From contig JBOGLD010000112.1 in assembly GCA_050745885.1 (NCBI GenBank), positions 11,386 to 75,385 on the forward strand: a stretch of DNA of 64,000 nucleotides, given 5' to 3'. A program made the position numbers and the translations under genes. Numbering within the stretch: the stretch's first letter is position 1; each line of letters starts with the position of its first letter. The DNA comes from Terriglobales bacterium (lineage in GTDB: Bacteria; Acidobacteriota; Terriglobia; Terriglobales; Acidobacteriaceae). The notes under the pieces are model-generated. The model was given only the letters and a program-made list of their open reading frames with translations, was not told the origin of the DNA and ran no database searches. Below are positions 1-9,915 of the stretch, piece after piece.

Positions 1-798
1 ACCCTTGTTCTGTTTGGCGGCTCCACGGTGTTCATGGGTTTGTGGGTCAGCCTGGTTCAGGGACAGTCACTAAACCCGCCACGGGCCGTCAGCGGGACGG
101 CGCTGTTTTTTGGCGCGCTGGCGGTGCTGGCCTTCTGGACGTTCCTGTACGGATTGCAATTCGGGAAGATCACAACCAGTTGGATCTTCATGAATCTCTC
201 CGCGGTGGTTCCGGCCACGCTTTCCGCGGTCATCTATCACGAAAAAGTTGGATTGTTGAAAGCGCTGATTTTGGGTCTTGTAGTGCTCTCCATTTTTCTG
301 CTGTGGAAGGACAAGCAGCAGGAGAGTGGACAGGTTGCAGCCCAGGGCGAAGTCCCCGCGCGCGCGAACGTGAAAATCTGGATCACAGCCATGCTCTGTG
401 CATTCCTGCTGAACGGGATCTGCCCGTTCGGTCTTCGCGTACTGGCGGGCTGGGGACTCGCTCAGCAATACACGCCGGTCTATCTCGTTTATTGGTATCT
501 TGCGGGCTTTGCCTTCGGTCTTCTCGGGTTGATCAAATCGCGCCAACACCTTTCTCTCGCCAATTTGATCATCGGATTGATGATGGCGATCGCCAGCGTC
601 GGCGGACAGTATTTCATGGGTCTGGCGCTCTCGAATGGTGTCTCGGGAAGTGTCGTGTACATGCTGGGAATGGGCGCGAGCATGTGCGTCGTGGTGCTCG
701 GTGGAGTGCTCTTCTTTCGTGAGCCAGTTGGGACCTATGCCAAGCTTGGCATCGTGGTCGGATTGGTTGCCGCGGTGCTGCTGGGTGTAACGAGTTAG
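1..798 (+). CDS. Multi-pass membrane protein, DMT/EamA-like transporter (5' end probably outside window)
   Basis: The reading frame is open from base 1, so the track start at 28 is probably internal. The translation is dominated by hydrophobic helices (e.g. ALFFGALAVLAFWTFLYGL, LGIVVGLVAAVLLGV). It sits convergent to the glycan cluster, with only 3 nt between the two stop codons. Confidence 0.5.
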   Translation, partial: TLVLFGGSTVFMGLWVSLVQGQSLNPPRAVSGTALFFGALAVLAFWTFLYGLQFGKITTSWIFMNLSAVVPATLSAVIYHEKVGLLKALILGLVVLSIFLLWKDKQQESGQVAAQGEVPARANVKIWITAMLCAFLLNGICPFGLRVLAGWGLAQQYTPVYLVYWYLAGFAFGLLGLIKSRQHLSLANLIIGLMMAIASVGGQYFMGLALSNGVSGSVVYMLGMGASMCVVVLGGVLFFREPVGTYAKLGIVVGLVAAVLLGVTS

Positions 799-801
799 TC
801 T

Positions 802-3800
802 CTACGGGTTGACGGCTAGCCTTATCACCAGGCTCTTGATTTCGTACTTTCCCATTGGCAGCGTCACGCTGTGCGGGGTCCAGTTCACGGCGGCGGTACG
901 GTCTCCCATGACCGATCCCAGATAAGCCTCCTGGACCTGAACCGCAGGGAACTGAATGCTCGCGCTCACGTCAGCTGAAGTTGAGTTTTGCACTCTGACA
1001 AGATAGGCATCGCCTTTCTCCATTGGCCGAATTGTGAGCACCGTTACTCCGGCGGGGGCTGTACTCAGAAGGCCTGCACCTTTATCGGATAACGTCGGTT
1101 GCCATCCCATGTTGTAGTGACGAATCGCCGCCAGCGGTGATCGTTGTTCGGTGGCCATTGTCGCCGATTGATCGGGAGACACTTCCGGCCCGCTGGTCAG
1201 CGCATAGCGGAACGTGAAGCGTCCGCCCTGCTGAGCTGGCGCGTCGGTGTACCAGTAATTATTCATCACGTAGGAAAAAACCGATCCGTTGCGAATCTGA
1301 ATGGATTCCGGCCAAAGCCCGCGATTGATGTCTTCGAGAGTTATCAGTGGAGCGTCCACCGTGGCCCAGGCAACATTGCCGTCAGTCCCTTTTCCCCAGA
1401 CTCCGCCCTGGGTTGTAAACCATTGGCGGTTCGCGCCGGGAAGCATGTCGTTCGTCGGGTCGACCCATGCCGTCGCGCCCTGGTATTTCATCTGAGGTTG
1501 TTTCAGAGTGAAGGGGAAAGCGAAGTAGATCCCTTCTTTCTTTAGGGTCGCCGTTTTCTGAACCTCGTTGCGTATGTTCACCTGTTTCCGCATGTCGAGC
1601 AGCGTGATCGTGCTGACAATGTCCGGTGTATTCAAGGCCCTGGAACGAATGGTGATTACCGTTCCCCAGGGAAATCGGCGTGCCTGCGGCGTATCCGTCA
1701 AGCTGGCGCGGTTGATCGCCAGCTTGGGCAAGGGAAGAGTTACATCCGCCGCGAGAATTCTGTTGTTGGTGAGGCTGGAACCCTCCGGGTCACCGCCGCT
1801 TACGTAGGCGTATTCATTCAATTGATAGCCTGAGCTCGAGTTGACCAGATCTTGTCCCGTGGATTTGTCGAGCAGGTGCGCGACCGCGCCAGTCTGGGCA
1901 TTCAGTTGGATCTTGTAGTATTTGTTCTCGATTGTCGGCGATGAAGAATCAAGCAAGAGAATTGTTCCGTCTGGAACCTTTCCCTTCGTGATCGCATAAA
2001 ACTTGTAACCCACTGCGGGCACGTCAGCGGCCCAGCAGCGGACCTCCTGATACCCGTTCAACAACCTCAAAGCTCCGCAGGGAATGGTCTGTCCAGTCGC
2101 CGGATCCACCAGAACCTCATCCGGTTCCAACTCGAAGTCGAAGAAGTCACTTCTTGGCCAACTCTCCGGGTTGAAGACCACCGCACCCTGTTGATCGGTG
2201 CTCACAAGTTCCGCGATCTTGTCCATCGCCACCAGCCGCAGATCGGTGGTCTGTTGCAAAGCCGCTTCAGCCCAGGCGCGATGGGCGGCCTCGCCTTCGC
2301 GTGTGCGATAACTTTCCGGCCTCCTGAAGGAATTGGCATCGCTCCATACGTAGGAATCCGCCAGCAGAATGTTCTTCCAGGCGGCATCAAAAGGTTGGCG
2401 ATCAAACTTCAGGTGCGGCTGCAGCCAACTGGCGATACTTTCAAACTTCTCCGCGGCTGCGATTTGTGTCTGAGATGTGCGGATCATGGCCGCAAAGCGC
2501 GCATCGGCTCCGGCTTCATCTTCCCAATAAGCCCCGCCATCTCCACGATAGGTCTTGATCCGGTCGCCAAACTTGTGGGTAATGTGAGCAAAAAAATCGC
2601 GCTGCGTGGCCGGAATGATCTTCGGGTAGGCATATTCCCGGTTCCACATGTCGATCACGTCGGCATCGCCCCAGTGACGCATGGGGATTTCATCATTGTG
2701 CAGGCCAAAGAGGAGTACCGCGTCAAAGGGGGAATCATCGCGTTCGTATTGCGAAAGAAAGAGAGGGAGGGACCTGGTGAGGCCAAACACAGAAGTCGAA
2801 TATGTTCCCTCTCGCGCTGAATCTGGGCTCCAACCGGCCCAGGTCATGTCATCCACCGCCGTGTAGGAAATCCCGCTCCACATCAGAACTTTGGATCCGG
2901 TCGGACCTTCCCAATAGAACGGCGAATGAAAATTCAGGTGTCCGATGGGATTGAATGCCCCGCGGATCGGGTCACTGCCATTGGTGAAATATTTGATACC
3001 GGCATCGGAGAGAATCTGTGGAAGGGCCCAGGTCAGGGACGGCTCGTCGGTCTGCGAGGCGGAATCGATCTGGAGATTGTATTTCCGTGCTGCCCCTAGA
3101 GAAAACTCGAGCATCCGGAACAGCTCTTCCGGCGTCGAAAGGCCAGTGAAGAAGTTCGCATACAGGGCGTTCATGCCCCATTTGCCGGTTTGAAGATGTC
3201 CTAGAAGCTGCTTCGTCTTTTCATCTTTGCGGGTGGAAAGATACGATTCGAGGTTTGCTGCCGCGTCGAGGGTGAACGAGTACGACGGGTATTTCTGCTG
3301 GATCTCCAGAGCTTTGTCGATGAAACGATTTTCCCACTCCAGCGTGCGCGCGGGCAGGTCGTTGTATCCGAAATCGGCCTGCTCCATCGGTAACGCGTAG
3401 ACTTGCCATCGGCGCCGGGGTGTGAAGGTGCCGCGATAGATGGCATCTTTGTGTCCGGCAAGGTAAAGCGAGACTGGAACCGGTTGGTCAGTGGCGGGAA
3501 CCTCAATGGTTGTCTCGATGTCGCCCGATTCGTTCTGTGAGACTTTGCTGTCGATTGCGAAGGAGCCAATCTCAACCTTCAGTTTTGTAGAACCCAAAGG
3601 TTTCGTGGTGCGGATCCGTACGCTTGCCAACTCGACCAAGCCAGAAGCACGGCTCTTATAAAGCGCGCTGGGCTCCACCCAGCCTTCCGTTATGGCCGGA
3701 GGGTTTCGGACGGGATCATTTGAGAGTGAGAGATCGTCGTAATAGATACCAAAGCCATCCAGGCATTGCAGCGCGATCATGTTCACTCCGCTGGTGAACG

Positions 3801-4338
3801 CGGAAGCCGGCAGCTGCATGTCGAGGGATTCGTAGCCGAAATATTGCATGTTGCCCTGAGCGTCGCCTCCGTTTGGCCACCATAGCTCAGGTGCCGGATG
3901 CGGGTTCAGCCGATAGCTGGCCGCGAAATTTCCGTTGATCACAACTCTGTAGAGCGGCGGTGCGGGACGTCGATACCGGAAAATGGCATCGAGATGCAAA
4001 GCGAAGGTTCCTTTCGGCGCTGCAGCGAGGTTGAACCGCACTTGAAACGGCTCCGGGAGAGGATCAGGGTGCACCTCGGTCCAGTCGTGTTGCATGGTGC
4101 TGCGGCCGACAATGGAATCGAACGATCCCGGCTGGTACGCGGGCCAGTCTTTTTCAGCGGAACTCTCGCCGACTTTGTAGAGGACCGCATGTCCAGCTTC
4201 GTGGTTCTGGGCAAATTCCGTGTGCAGACCGTTCTTGCTGCCGATACTGAAGACATCGATCCGCTTCGTCTGCGCGGAACTGGCCCCGAGGAACACAGCT
4301 GCGACAATGAAAGACGTGACTGCGACCAGCTTGAGCAT
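802..4338 (-). CDS. Large secreted glycoside hydrolase family 38-like protein (alpha-mannosidase-like) with an extra N-terminal domain
   Basis: ORF of 1191 aa in the track. The likely start is the internal ATG at 4338 (MLKLVAVTSFIVAAVFLGASSAQT, signal-peptide-like) preceded by GAGGT. The central region (YALPMEQADFGYNDLPARTLEWENRFIDKALE...YSFTLDAAANLESYL...SQTDEPSLTWALPQILSDAGIKYFTNGSD) resembles the GH38 N-terminal catalytic domain. The first ~300 aa are not GH38-like. Confidence 0.65.
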   Translation of the reverse strand: MLKLVAVTSFIVAAVFLGASSAQTKRIDVFSIGSKNGLHTEFAQNHEAGHAVLYKVGESSAEKDWPAYQPGSFDSIVGRSTMQHDWTEVHPDPLPEPFQVRFNLAAAPKGTFALHLDAIFRYRRPAPPLYRVVINGNFAASYRLNPHPAPELWWPNGGDAQGNMQYFGYESLDMQLPASAFTSGVNMIALQCLDGFGIYYDDLSLSNDPVRNPPAITEGWVEPSALYKSRASGLVELASVRIRTTKPLGSTKLKVEIGSFAIDSKVSQNESGDIETTIEVPATDQPVPVSLYLAGHKDAIYRGTFTPRRRWQVYALPMEQADFGYNDLPARTLEWENRFIDKALEIQQKYPSYSFTLDAAANLESYLSTRKDEKTKQLLGHLQTGKWGMNALYANFFTGLSTPEELFRMLEFSLGAARKYNLQIDSASQTDEPSLTWALPQILSDAGIKYFTNGSDPIRGAFNPIGHLNFHSPFYWEGPTGSKVLMWSGISYTAVDDMTWAGWSPDSAREGTYSTSVFGLTRSLPLFLSQYERDDSPFDAVLLFGLHNDEIPMRHWGDADVIDMWNREYAYPKIIPATQRDFFAHITHKFGDRIKTYRGDGGAYWEDEAGADARFAAMIRTSQTQIAAAEKFESIASWLQPHLKFDRQPFDAAWKNILLADSYVWSDANSFRRPESYRTREGEAAHRAWAEAALQQTTDLRLVAMDKIAELVSTDQQGAVVFNPESWPRSDFFDFELEPDEVLVDPATGQTIPCGALRLLNGYQEVRCWAADVPAVGYKFYAITKGKVPDGTILLLDSSSPTIENKYYKIQLNAQTGAVAHLLDKSTGQDLVNSSSGYQLNEYAYVSGGDPEGSSLTNNRILAADVTLPLPKLAINRASLTDTPQARRFPWGTVITIRSRALNTPDIVSTITLLDMRKQVNIRNEVQKTATLKKEGIYFAFPFTLKQPQMKYQGATAWVDPTNDMLPGANRQWFTTQGGVWGKGTDGNVAWATVDAPLITLEDINRGLWPESIQIRNGSVFSYVMNNYWYTDAPAQQGGRFTFRYALTSGPEVSPDQSATMATEQRSPLAAIRHYNMGWQPTLSDKGAGLLSTAPAGVTVLTIRPMEKGDAYLVRVQNSTSADVSASIQFPAVQVQEAYLGSVMGDRTAAVNWTPHSVTLPMGKYEIKSLVIRLAVNP

Positions 4339-4377
4339 CGAAATGTACCTCGCGAAGAATGATCGATCATATATCAC

Positions 4378-4477
4378 AAAATGCTTTGCAATTATAGATA
4401 TTTTGCAATAAACTCTTACACTTACATCAATACGATATTCGTTTATCGTAGCAATTTATCACCAATGCAGGAGCGCA
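4378..4477. promoter_or_regulatory. AT-rich divergent promoter/operator region between the GH38-like gene and the hydrolase-like paralog A
   Basis: A roughly 100-bp stretch that is visibly much more AT-rich than its surroundings. It contains the direct repeat TTTGCAAT at 4385-4392 and 4402-4409 (17-nt spacing), and AGGAG lies just before the ATG at 4478. Confidence 0.45.
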
Positions 4478-6547
4478 ATGACGCGGGTATGGCATCAACA
4501 ATGGCTGCGTGGATCGGCTCTAGGCTGGTCACTAATTCTATGGCTGGCCGTGCTCGCCGCTGCCGTACCGGCGACAGCCACGCCGGTTGGCGCACAGCCC
4601 GAGCGGATTTCGCTCGCAGAAACTGTAGTTCTGGTAGATCGCAGCGAGCCTTCCTATCTTCTTTATGGAGCCAAAGACCTCGCTTCGTATCTCACGGACG
4701 TCACCGGCAAGCCCGCTGCCGTCAGTTCATCTCTCCACGCAGCCCTGAAGTCAAAGTCGATTATCGCCATTGGGAAAGAAATGGCGCGGGCGCTGAATGT
4801 CGACCTGGGACCTGCAAGCGATCTGGGAGACGAAGGCTTTCTCATTCGTTCTTTCTATAGGGATGGCAGCAAGGTTGTGATCATCGCGGGCCTGAACCCG
4901 CACGGTACGAATGCCGGGCTCGCGACCTTCATGCCGATGATCCACGGAGAACGTAATGCGGCGTATCTCGACGGCCCGGTCGATCTCCGAAGCAAACCGA
5001 GCATCGCCGTCCGCGGCATCCACCTGAATGGATGGCCGCTGAAATATCCCTACGCGTTCCGCTCCTGGAAGGAGGAGGACTGGAAGCACTTTATCGATAT
5101 TGCATGGGCGCAGCGCATCAACCTTTTTTACCTGTGGCCGTTCATGGAAATCATTCCGGTTCCCATGTCCGGGGAAGACGAGGCCTACCTGCAGGAAGTC
5201 AAACGCGTTGTGGATTACGCTCAGAACCAGCGTGGCATGGAAGTTTGGATCATGCAGTCGGCGAACCGGATTGGCGTTTCCGACTGCGGTGTCCGCGATC
5301 CGCGATTTCGCACCTACTGGGTGATGGGGGAATGTCAGAAAGACATGAACCCGGCCGATCCGGAGCAGTTTGCGAATATTCTGAAATCTTTCGAAGCCCT
5401 CTACAAGGTCGTGAATAATGCCGACGGTTTCTGCTTTATTGATTCCGATCCCGGGGGCTGGCCACATAGCCCGTTGAGCGATCAGACGAAAATATTTAAT
5501 GCCGCCCGCAAACTGCTGGATCGTTACAGCGCCAAAGGTCCGAAGACCAAACTTGTGGATTGGATGTGGCTGGGCTGGGGACGCGTGTTTGATCCCACAG
5601 AGAGGAATCGTGAAGAAAATTCGGTGGCTTTTATGACGGACACCATCCGTAATTTCAAAGCGAACCTTCCTGAACCCTGGGAGTTAATTTCAGGGAACGC
5701 AGCGTTCCTGAAGTCATCCCAAAAAGAGTCGGTGCTGAACAAGACGATCTACCTGCAATATGGTGCGATCGAAATGGAACCGGCATTCCCGGCCACCAAT
5801 CTCGGTCAGGAGTCGATCCGCGAGGTCTTCGATATAGCTGCCAAGTACCCTGAACTCAAGGGCGTGATGGGGAACAACGAACTGATGCAGCTGCAATTCC
5901 CGCGCACCTTCTACTTCTTCAATACTGCGTGGGACCGCGAATACGAAAACCGTGCGGAACCCGAAGTCCTTCTCGACCTGGCGGGGGAACTCTATCCAGA
6001 CCACAAAGAACTGATCGCGGAGTCGTTTTTAGGTTTGCGGGAAAACGATCCGGAGAAGATTGACGCTACGCTAGCTCGCCTCGAAAGGCTGGTCCATGGC
6101 GGCAACGCAGGACGACCGGGACCGATTGGCCGCTTCCTATTTCCGGACCAACTCGTGGTCGCACGAAATCTCCAATTCCAGCTTGAGATCCGGTCGGCGC
6201 GGCAGTCGCTCTTGAAAGTTCTGGAAGGCAAACCCAGTGTCGATGAATCCGCCAAGCTGGTGGAGAACTACTTCGACAAGCTGCTGGCGTGGAACCAGGA
6301 AACTGGTTGGGACAAGATGATTGACATCACCATCTGGCGAACACCGATCTACGAGCAAGGCAAAGACCTTCGGCAAGCGATGAATCAGCTCAAAGAGATT
6401 CTCGCCCAAGGCAAGCCTTATACCAGCTACGCTCAGTTGGACGGCTTCTTCGACACAATCAGCAAGAAACTGCTGCAAAAATACGGACGCGACTCGGTGA
6501 TGATCGGTTGTATCGAGCCATTCAAACTGGCCATGATCCAAAACTAG
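4478..6547 (+). CDS. Secreted glycoside-hydrolase-like protein of unclear family (tandem paralog A)
   Basis: 689-aa ORF with AGGAG upstream and a signal-peptide-like N-terminus (LILWLAVLAAAVPATATPVGA). The N-terminal alpha/beta region resembles the accessory domains seen N-terminal to GH20/GH67/GH115-type enzymes, followed by a TIM-barrel-like core (GIHLNGWPLKYPYAFRSWKEEDWKHFIDIAWAQRINLFYLWPF). The family assignment is uncertain. Confidence 0.55.
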   Translation: MTRVWHQQWLRGSALGWSLILWLAVLAAAVPATATPVGAQPERISLAETVVLVDRSEPSYLLYGAKDLASYLTDVTGKPAAVSSSLHAALKSKSIIAIGKEMARALNVDLGPASDLGDEGFLIRSFYRDGSKVVIIAGLNPHGTNAGLATFMPMIHGERNAAYLDGPVDLRSKPSIAVRGIHLNGWPLKYPYAFRSWKEEDWKHFIDIAWAQRINLFYLWPFMEIIPVPMSGEDEAYLQEVKRVVDYAQNQRGMEVWIMQSANRIGVSDCGVRDPRFRTYWVMGECQKDMNPADPEQFANILKSFEALYKVVNNADGFCFIDSDPGGWPHSPLSDQTKIFNAARKLLDRYSAKGPKTKLVDWMWLGWGRVFDPTERNREENSVAFMTDTIRNFKANLPEPWELISGNAAFLKSSQKESVLNKTIYLQYGAIEMEPAFPATNLGQESIREVFDIAAKYPELKGVMGNNELMQLQFPRTFYFFNTAWDREYENRAEPEVLLDLAGELYPDHKELIAESFLGLRENDPEKIDATLARLERLVHGGNAGRPGPIGRFLFPDQLVVARNLQFQLEIRSARQSLLKVLEGKPSVDESAKLVENYFDKLLAWNQETGWDKMIDITIWRTPIYEQGKDLRQAMNQLKEILAQGKPYTSYAQLDGFFDTISKKLLQKYGRDSVMIGCIEPFKLAMIQN

Positions 6548-6612
6548 GTCCTCCGTCGCTAAGTGACGAAAATGACCGAACCGGAGGGGACTTCGTGACA
6601 CGAAACTCGAGT

Positions 6613-8655
6613 ATGCGGTTCGTCCTTTTATTTTTGGTGGGTACCACCTCGTTGGCCGCCGCGCAAAGCTCGCAGCGCATAGCTCTCGATGACGCTGTAA
6701 TCCTCGTCGACGGCGGCGAACCTTCCTATGTTCAATACGCGGCGAAAGATATGGGCTCCTATTTAACCGAGATCACCGGCAAGACTGCGGTGGTAACTAA
6801 TTCCGTGAGTGCAGGCCGAAATGCAAAAGTGATCGTCGCAGTCGGGGCAAAGACGGCAACAGCGATGGGTGCCGACTTGAGTTCCACCAGCGAACTGGGC
6901 CACGATACGTCCATAATTCGCGTCATCGCAAAGTCCGGAGCCAACGTTGTGGTCGTCGCAGGGTTGGATCCGCATGGCACAAACACTGGCGTTGCGACGC
7001 TCATGCAAATGATCAGGTCGGATGGAAAATCAGCCTATCTCGACGGCCCGCTTGATTTACTAAATAAGCCCAGCTTTGCGGTCCGCGGCATTCACCTGAA
7101 TGGCTGGCCGCTGAACTATCCCTACGCGTTTCGTTCGTGGAAGGAAGCAGACTGGAAGAAATTCATCGATATCGCGTGGGCGCAGCGAATCAATCTGTTC
7201 TACTTGTGGCCTTTCATGGAAATTCTGCCCGTCCCACTCTCTGCGGAAGACGAAGCCTACTTGCAGGAAGTTCGCCGCGTAGTCGATTACGCGCAGAACG
7301 AGCGCGGCATGGAAGTATGGATCATGCAGTCGGCGAATCGCATCGGGACCTCTGACTGTGGGGTGCGAGATCCGCGGTTCCGGCCATACTGGGTCAGCGA
7401 TTGCCAGAAGGACATGAATCCGGCGGATCCACAGCAGTTCGAGCGGGTGCTGCGGTCGTTCGAGGCGTTCTATAGAAACGTCAACAACGCAGACGCCTAT
7501 TGTTTCATCGATTCGGATCCGGGCGGCTGGCCGCAGAGTCCGGTGAGCGATCAGTTAAAGATTTTCAAGGCTGCCCGAAAGTTGCTGGACCAATACAGTG
7601 TCGGCGGATCGCGAACCAAGTTGGTGGACTGGATGCACGTGGGATGGGGCCGCCACAAATTCTTCACCTCAACCGATTCCGTGGTCGCGGCTTACGACTG
7701 GACTGACAAGAATCCGGATGCAAGCGACGTTGCCTTCATGGACCAGACCATTCGCGCCTTCAAGCGCGATCTCGCAGAGCCGTGGGCTCTGATCGCGGGC
7801 CAACCGCCGTATTTAGATCCCGTACAGAAAGAATCGGTTCTGGATAAAACCGTGTACCTGCCCTACGGTGCGATTGAAAGCGAGCCGGCGTTCCCGGCCA
7901 CGAACGTTGGGCAGGAGTCGGTCCGCAAAGTGTTCGACAAGGCCAATCAGTATCCCGGGTTGCGTGGCGTGATGGGAAATAATCAGTTAATGCTGTTGCA
8001 ATTTCCGTGCACATATTACTTTTTCGCTACCGCCTGGGACAAAAGGTATGAAATGCATCCAGAGCCAGAGGTGATGCTCGATCTGGCACAGCAGCTATAT
8101 CCGGACCATAAGCAATTGATCGCCGACGCGTTCCTCGCGTTGCGCGAAACGGACTCTCAACGAATCAACGCGGTACTCGCCAATCTCGCGAAGATGGTGA
8201 ACAGTGGTGACGGAGGACGTCCCGGAGCGATCGGCCGGCTCTTATTTCCTGATCATCTCGAGGTGGCCCGAAATCTGCAAATGCAGCTTGAGATTCGTTC
8301 GGCACGTCAATCTCTTTTGAAAGCTTTGCAAGGCAAGCCCGACATCAGCGAAAGTGCCCGGCTGGTAGAAAATTATTTCGACAAATTGCTGGCTTGGAAC
8401 AAGGAAACCGGCTGGGACAAGATGATCGATATCAATATCTGGCCCCATCCTATTTATGAAAAAGGCAAAGACCTTACGGAGGCCATGGCGCGGTTGAAAC
8501 TGGTTATTGCCAACGGCGCCCCGTACACCAGCTACGCACAGGTGAACGCCTTCTTCGACGGAATCAGCAAACGCCTTTTGCAAAAGTACGGGCAGGATTC
8601 CGTGATGGTGGGCTGCATCGAACCTTTGAAACTCGCCGTCATCCAGAGTCAATAG
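6613..8655 (+). CDS. Secreted glycoside-hydrolase-like protein of unclear family (tandem paralog B)
   Basis: Collinear with paralog A over the full length, with long identical runs such as RGIHLNGWPL.YPYAFRSWKE, IDIAWAQRINLFYLWPFMEI and RGMEVWIMQSANRIG.SDCGVRDPRFR. The track start at 6508 overlaps paralog A. The ATG at 6613 (MRFVLLFLVGTTSLAAAQ, signal-like) or the GTG at 6595 after GGAGGGG is more plausible. Confidence 0.55.
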   Translation: MRFVLLFLVGTTSLAAAQSSQRIALDDAVILVDGGEPSYVQYAAKDMGSYLTEITGKTAVVTNSVSAGRNAKVIVAVGAKTATAMGADLSSTSELGHDTSIIRVIAKSGANVVVVAGLDPHGTNTGVATLMQMIRSDGKSAYLDGPLDLLNKPSFAVRGIHLNGWPLNYPYAFRSWKEADWKKFIDIAWAQRINLFYLWPFMEILPVPLSAEDEAYLQEVRRVVDYAQNERGMEVWIMQSANRIGTSDCGVRDPRFRPYWVSDCQKDMNPADPQQFERVLRSFEAFYRNVNNADAYCFIDSDPGGWPQSPVSDQLKIFKAARKLLDQYSVGGSRTKLVDWMHVGWGRHKFFTSTDSVVAAYDWTDKNPDASDVAFMDQTIRAFKRDLAEPWALIAGQPPYLDPVQKESVLDKTVYLPYGAIESEPAFPATNVGQESVRKVFDKANQYPGLRGVMGNNQLMLLQFPCTYYFFATAWDKRYEMHPEPEVMLDLAQQLYPDHKQLIADAFLALRETDSQRINAVLANLAKMVNSGDGGRPGAIGRLLFPDHLEVARNLQMQLEIRSARQSLLKALQGKPDISESARLVENYFDKLLAWNKETGWDKMIDINIWPHPIYEKGKDLTEAMARLKLVIANGAPYTSYAQVNAFFDGISKRLLQKYGQDSVMVGCIEPLKLAVIQSQ

Positions 8656-8672
8656 CGTGTTTTGAATCCACC

Positions 8673-9860
8673 ATGAAATCGTCAACTGGGCTGTTCTGCA
8701 AAAAGAGTATTTGGCAAGGCCGGAAGGCTTATGCCCTCGGAAACGGGGCCGTGCGCCTTACGACTTTGACCGGAGGGGGCCACATCGCTGAATTTCAGCT
8801 TGAGGATTCCACATCCGTGAGCCCTCTCTGGGTTCCTCCCTGGCGGACCATCGAACCACAGCAGTATGAGGAGAAAAAGCACGCGCGCGATTACGGCACC
8901 ATCACAGAAGGCAAACTGCTATCCGGCCTGGTCGGTCATAACATTTGCCTGGACTATTTTGGCTCGCCATCGGTCGAAGAGGCGAAGCAAGGACTCTCCC
9001 AGCACGGCGAGGCTCCGTGGTCGAAGTGGAACGAATCCAAGACCTCACGTAATCCCGAGCGGGTTGCGTTGGAGTTGTCGGTCAGGCTTCCAATAGCTGG
9101 CTTAAGGTTCAGCCGTGAGATCGAGCTCAGGAAGAGCGAGTCTGTAGTTTATTTCACGGAAACGGTGGGCAATGAGAAGAAGACGGACCACTTCTTTCAC
9201 TGGACTCAACACATCACGCTGGGCTTGCCCTTTCTGTCTCCGGACGATGCGCGGGTGTCAATCCCGGGGACGCGGGGCATCACTTACCCTCATGGATACG
9301 ACGAAGGTCGTGCATTGCTCACATCGAACGAAGAATTTCGGTGGCCCGACGCGCCACTGCTCGACGGCGGCAAGGTTGACTTAACCCGTCCCTTTCTCCG
9401 CGAGGGCCTCGGATTCGTTGTTGCCGTTCTGCTCGACAAGAAAAAGAGTGTCGGGTTCGTGGCGGCGGTCAATCCTAAACTAGGTTTGCTCATTGCGTAC
9501 TGTTTCAAGCGAAGCGATTTTCCGTGGGTTGCCATCTGGGAAGAGAACATGGGTATCGCCGCGGCTCCGTGGAAGCAGCGGACGCGCGCCCGCGGCCTGG
9601 AATTCAGCACGACTCCGCTGCCGGTATTGCGCAGGGACGCGTTCTTCTCAGGCCAGCTCTTTGGCGAACCCACTTTGACTTGCGTGCCGGCGATGGGTAG
9701 CAAGACTGTCCACTACCTGGCGTTGCTGGCAAGAATTCCCAAGGATTTCGGCAATGTCACCGACATCAAACTGGGGAGCAACGAGGTGTTAATCAAGGGA
9801 ACCTCGGAAAAAAGGCCAGTTGCCGTCAACGCCTCCGGTGTCGCGAAAATAACAGACTAG
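8673..9860 (+). CDS. Aldose-1-epimerase/galactose-mutarotase-like fold protein
   Basis: 395-aa ORF starting 17 nt after paralog B. The N-terminal pattern (ALGNGAVRLTTLTGGGHIAEFQL...SPLWVPPW) resembles mutarotase-like carbohydrate-binding proteins. The assignment rests on recollection of family motifs only. Confidence 0.4.
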   Translation: MKSSTGLFCKKSIWQGRKAYALGNGAVRLTTLTGGGHIAEFQLEDSTSVSPLWVPPWRTIEPQQYEEKKHARDYGTITEGKLLSGLVGHNICLDYFGSPSVEEAKQGLSQHGEAPWSKWNESKTSRNPERVALELSVRLPIAGLRFSREIELRKSESVVYFTETVGNEKKTDHFFHWTQHITLGLPFLSPDDARVSIPGTRGITYPHGYDEGRALLTSNEEFRWPDAPLLDGGKVDLTRPFLREGLGFVVAVLLDKKKSVGFVAAVNPKLGLLIAYCFKRSDFPWVAIWEENMGIAAAPWKQRTRARGLEFSTTPLPVLRRDAFFSGQLFGEPTLTCVPAMGSKTVHYLALLARIPKDFGNVTDIKLGSNEVLIKGTSEKRPVAVNASGVAKITD

Positions 9861-9915
9861 GGTGACTCCACATTTCACGACGGGATCGCGGCCTCAAAGA
9901 TATGAGAATCTTTTG

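Noticed and set aside
6508-6612. The track start at 6508 for hydrolase-like paralog B, which overlaps paralog A by 40 nt.
   Set aside because: The N-terminal 35 residues are hydrophilic and unlike paralog A. A signal peptide begins at the ATG at 6613, with GGAGGGG upstream, so the extension is probably not translated.
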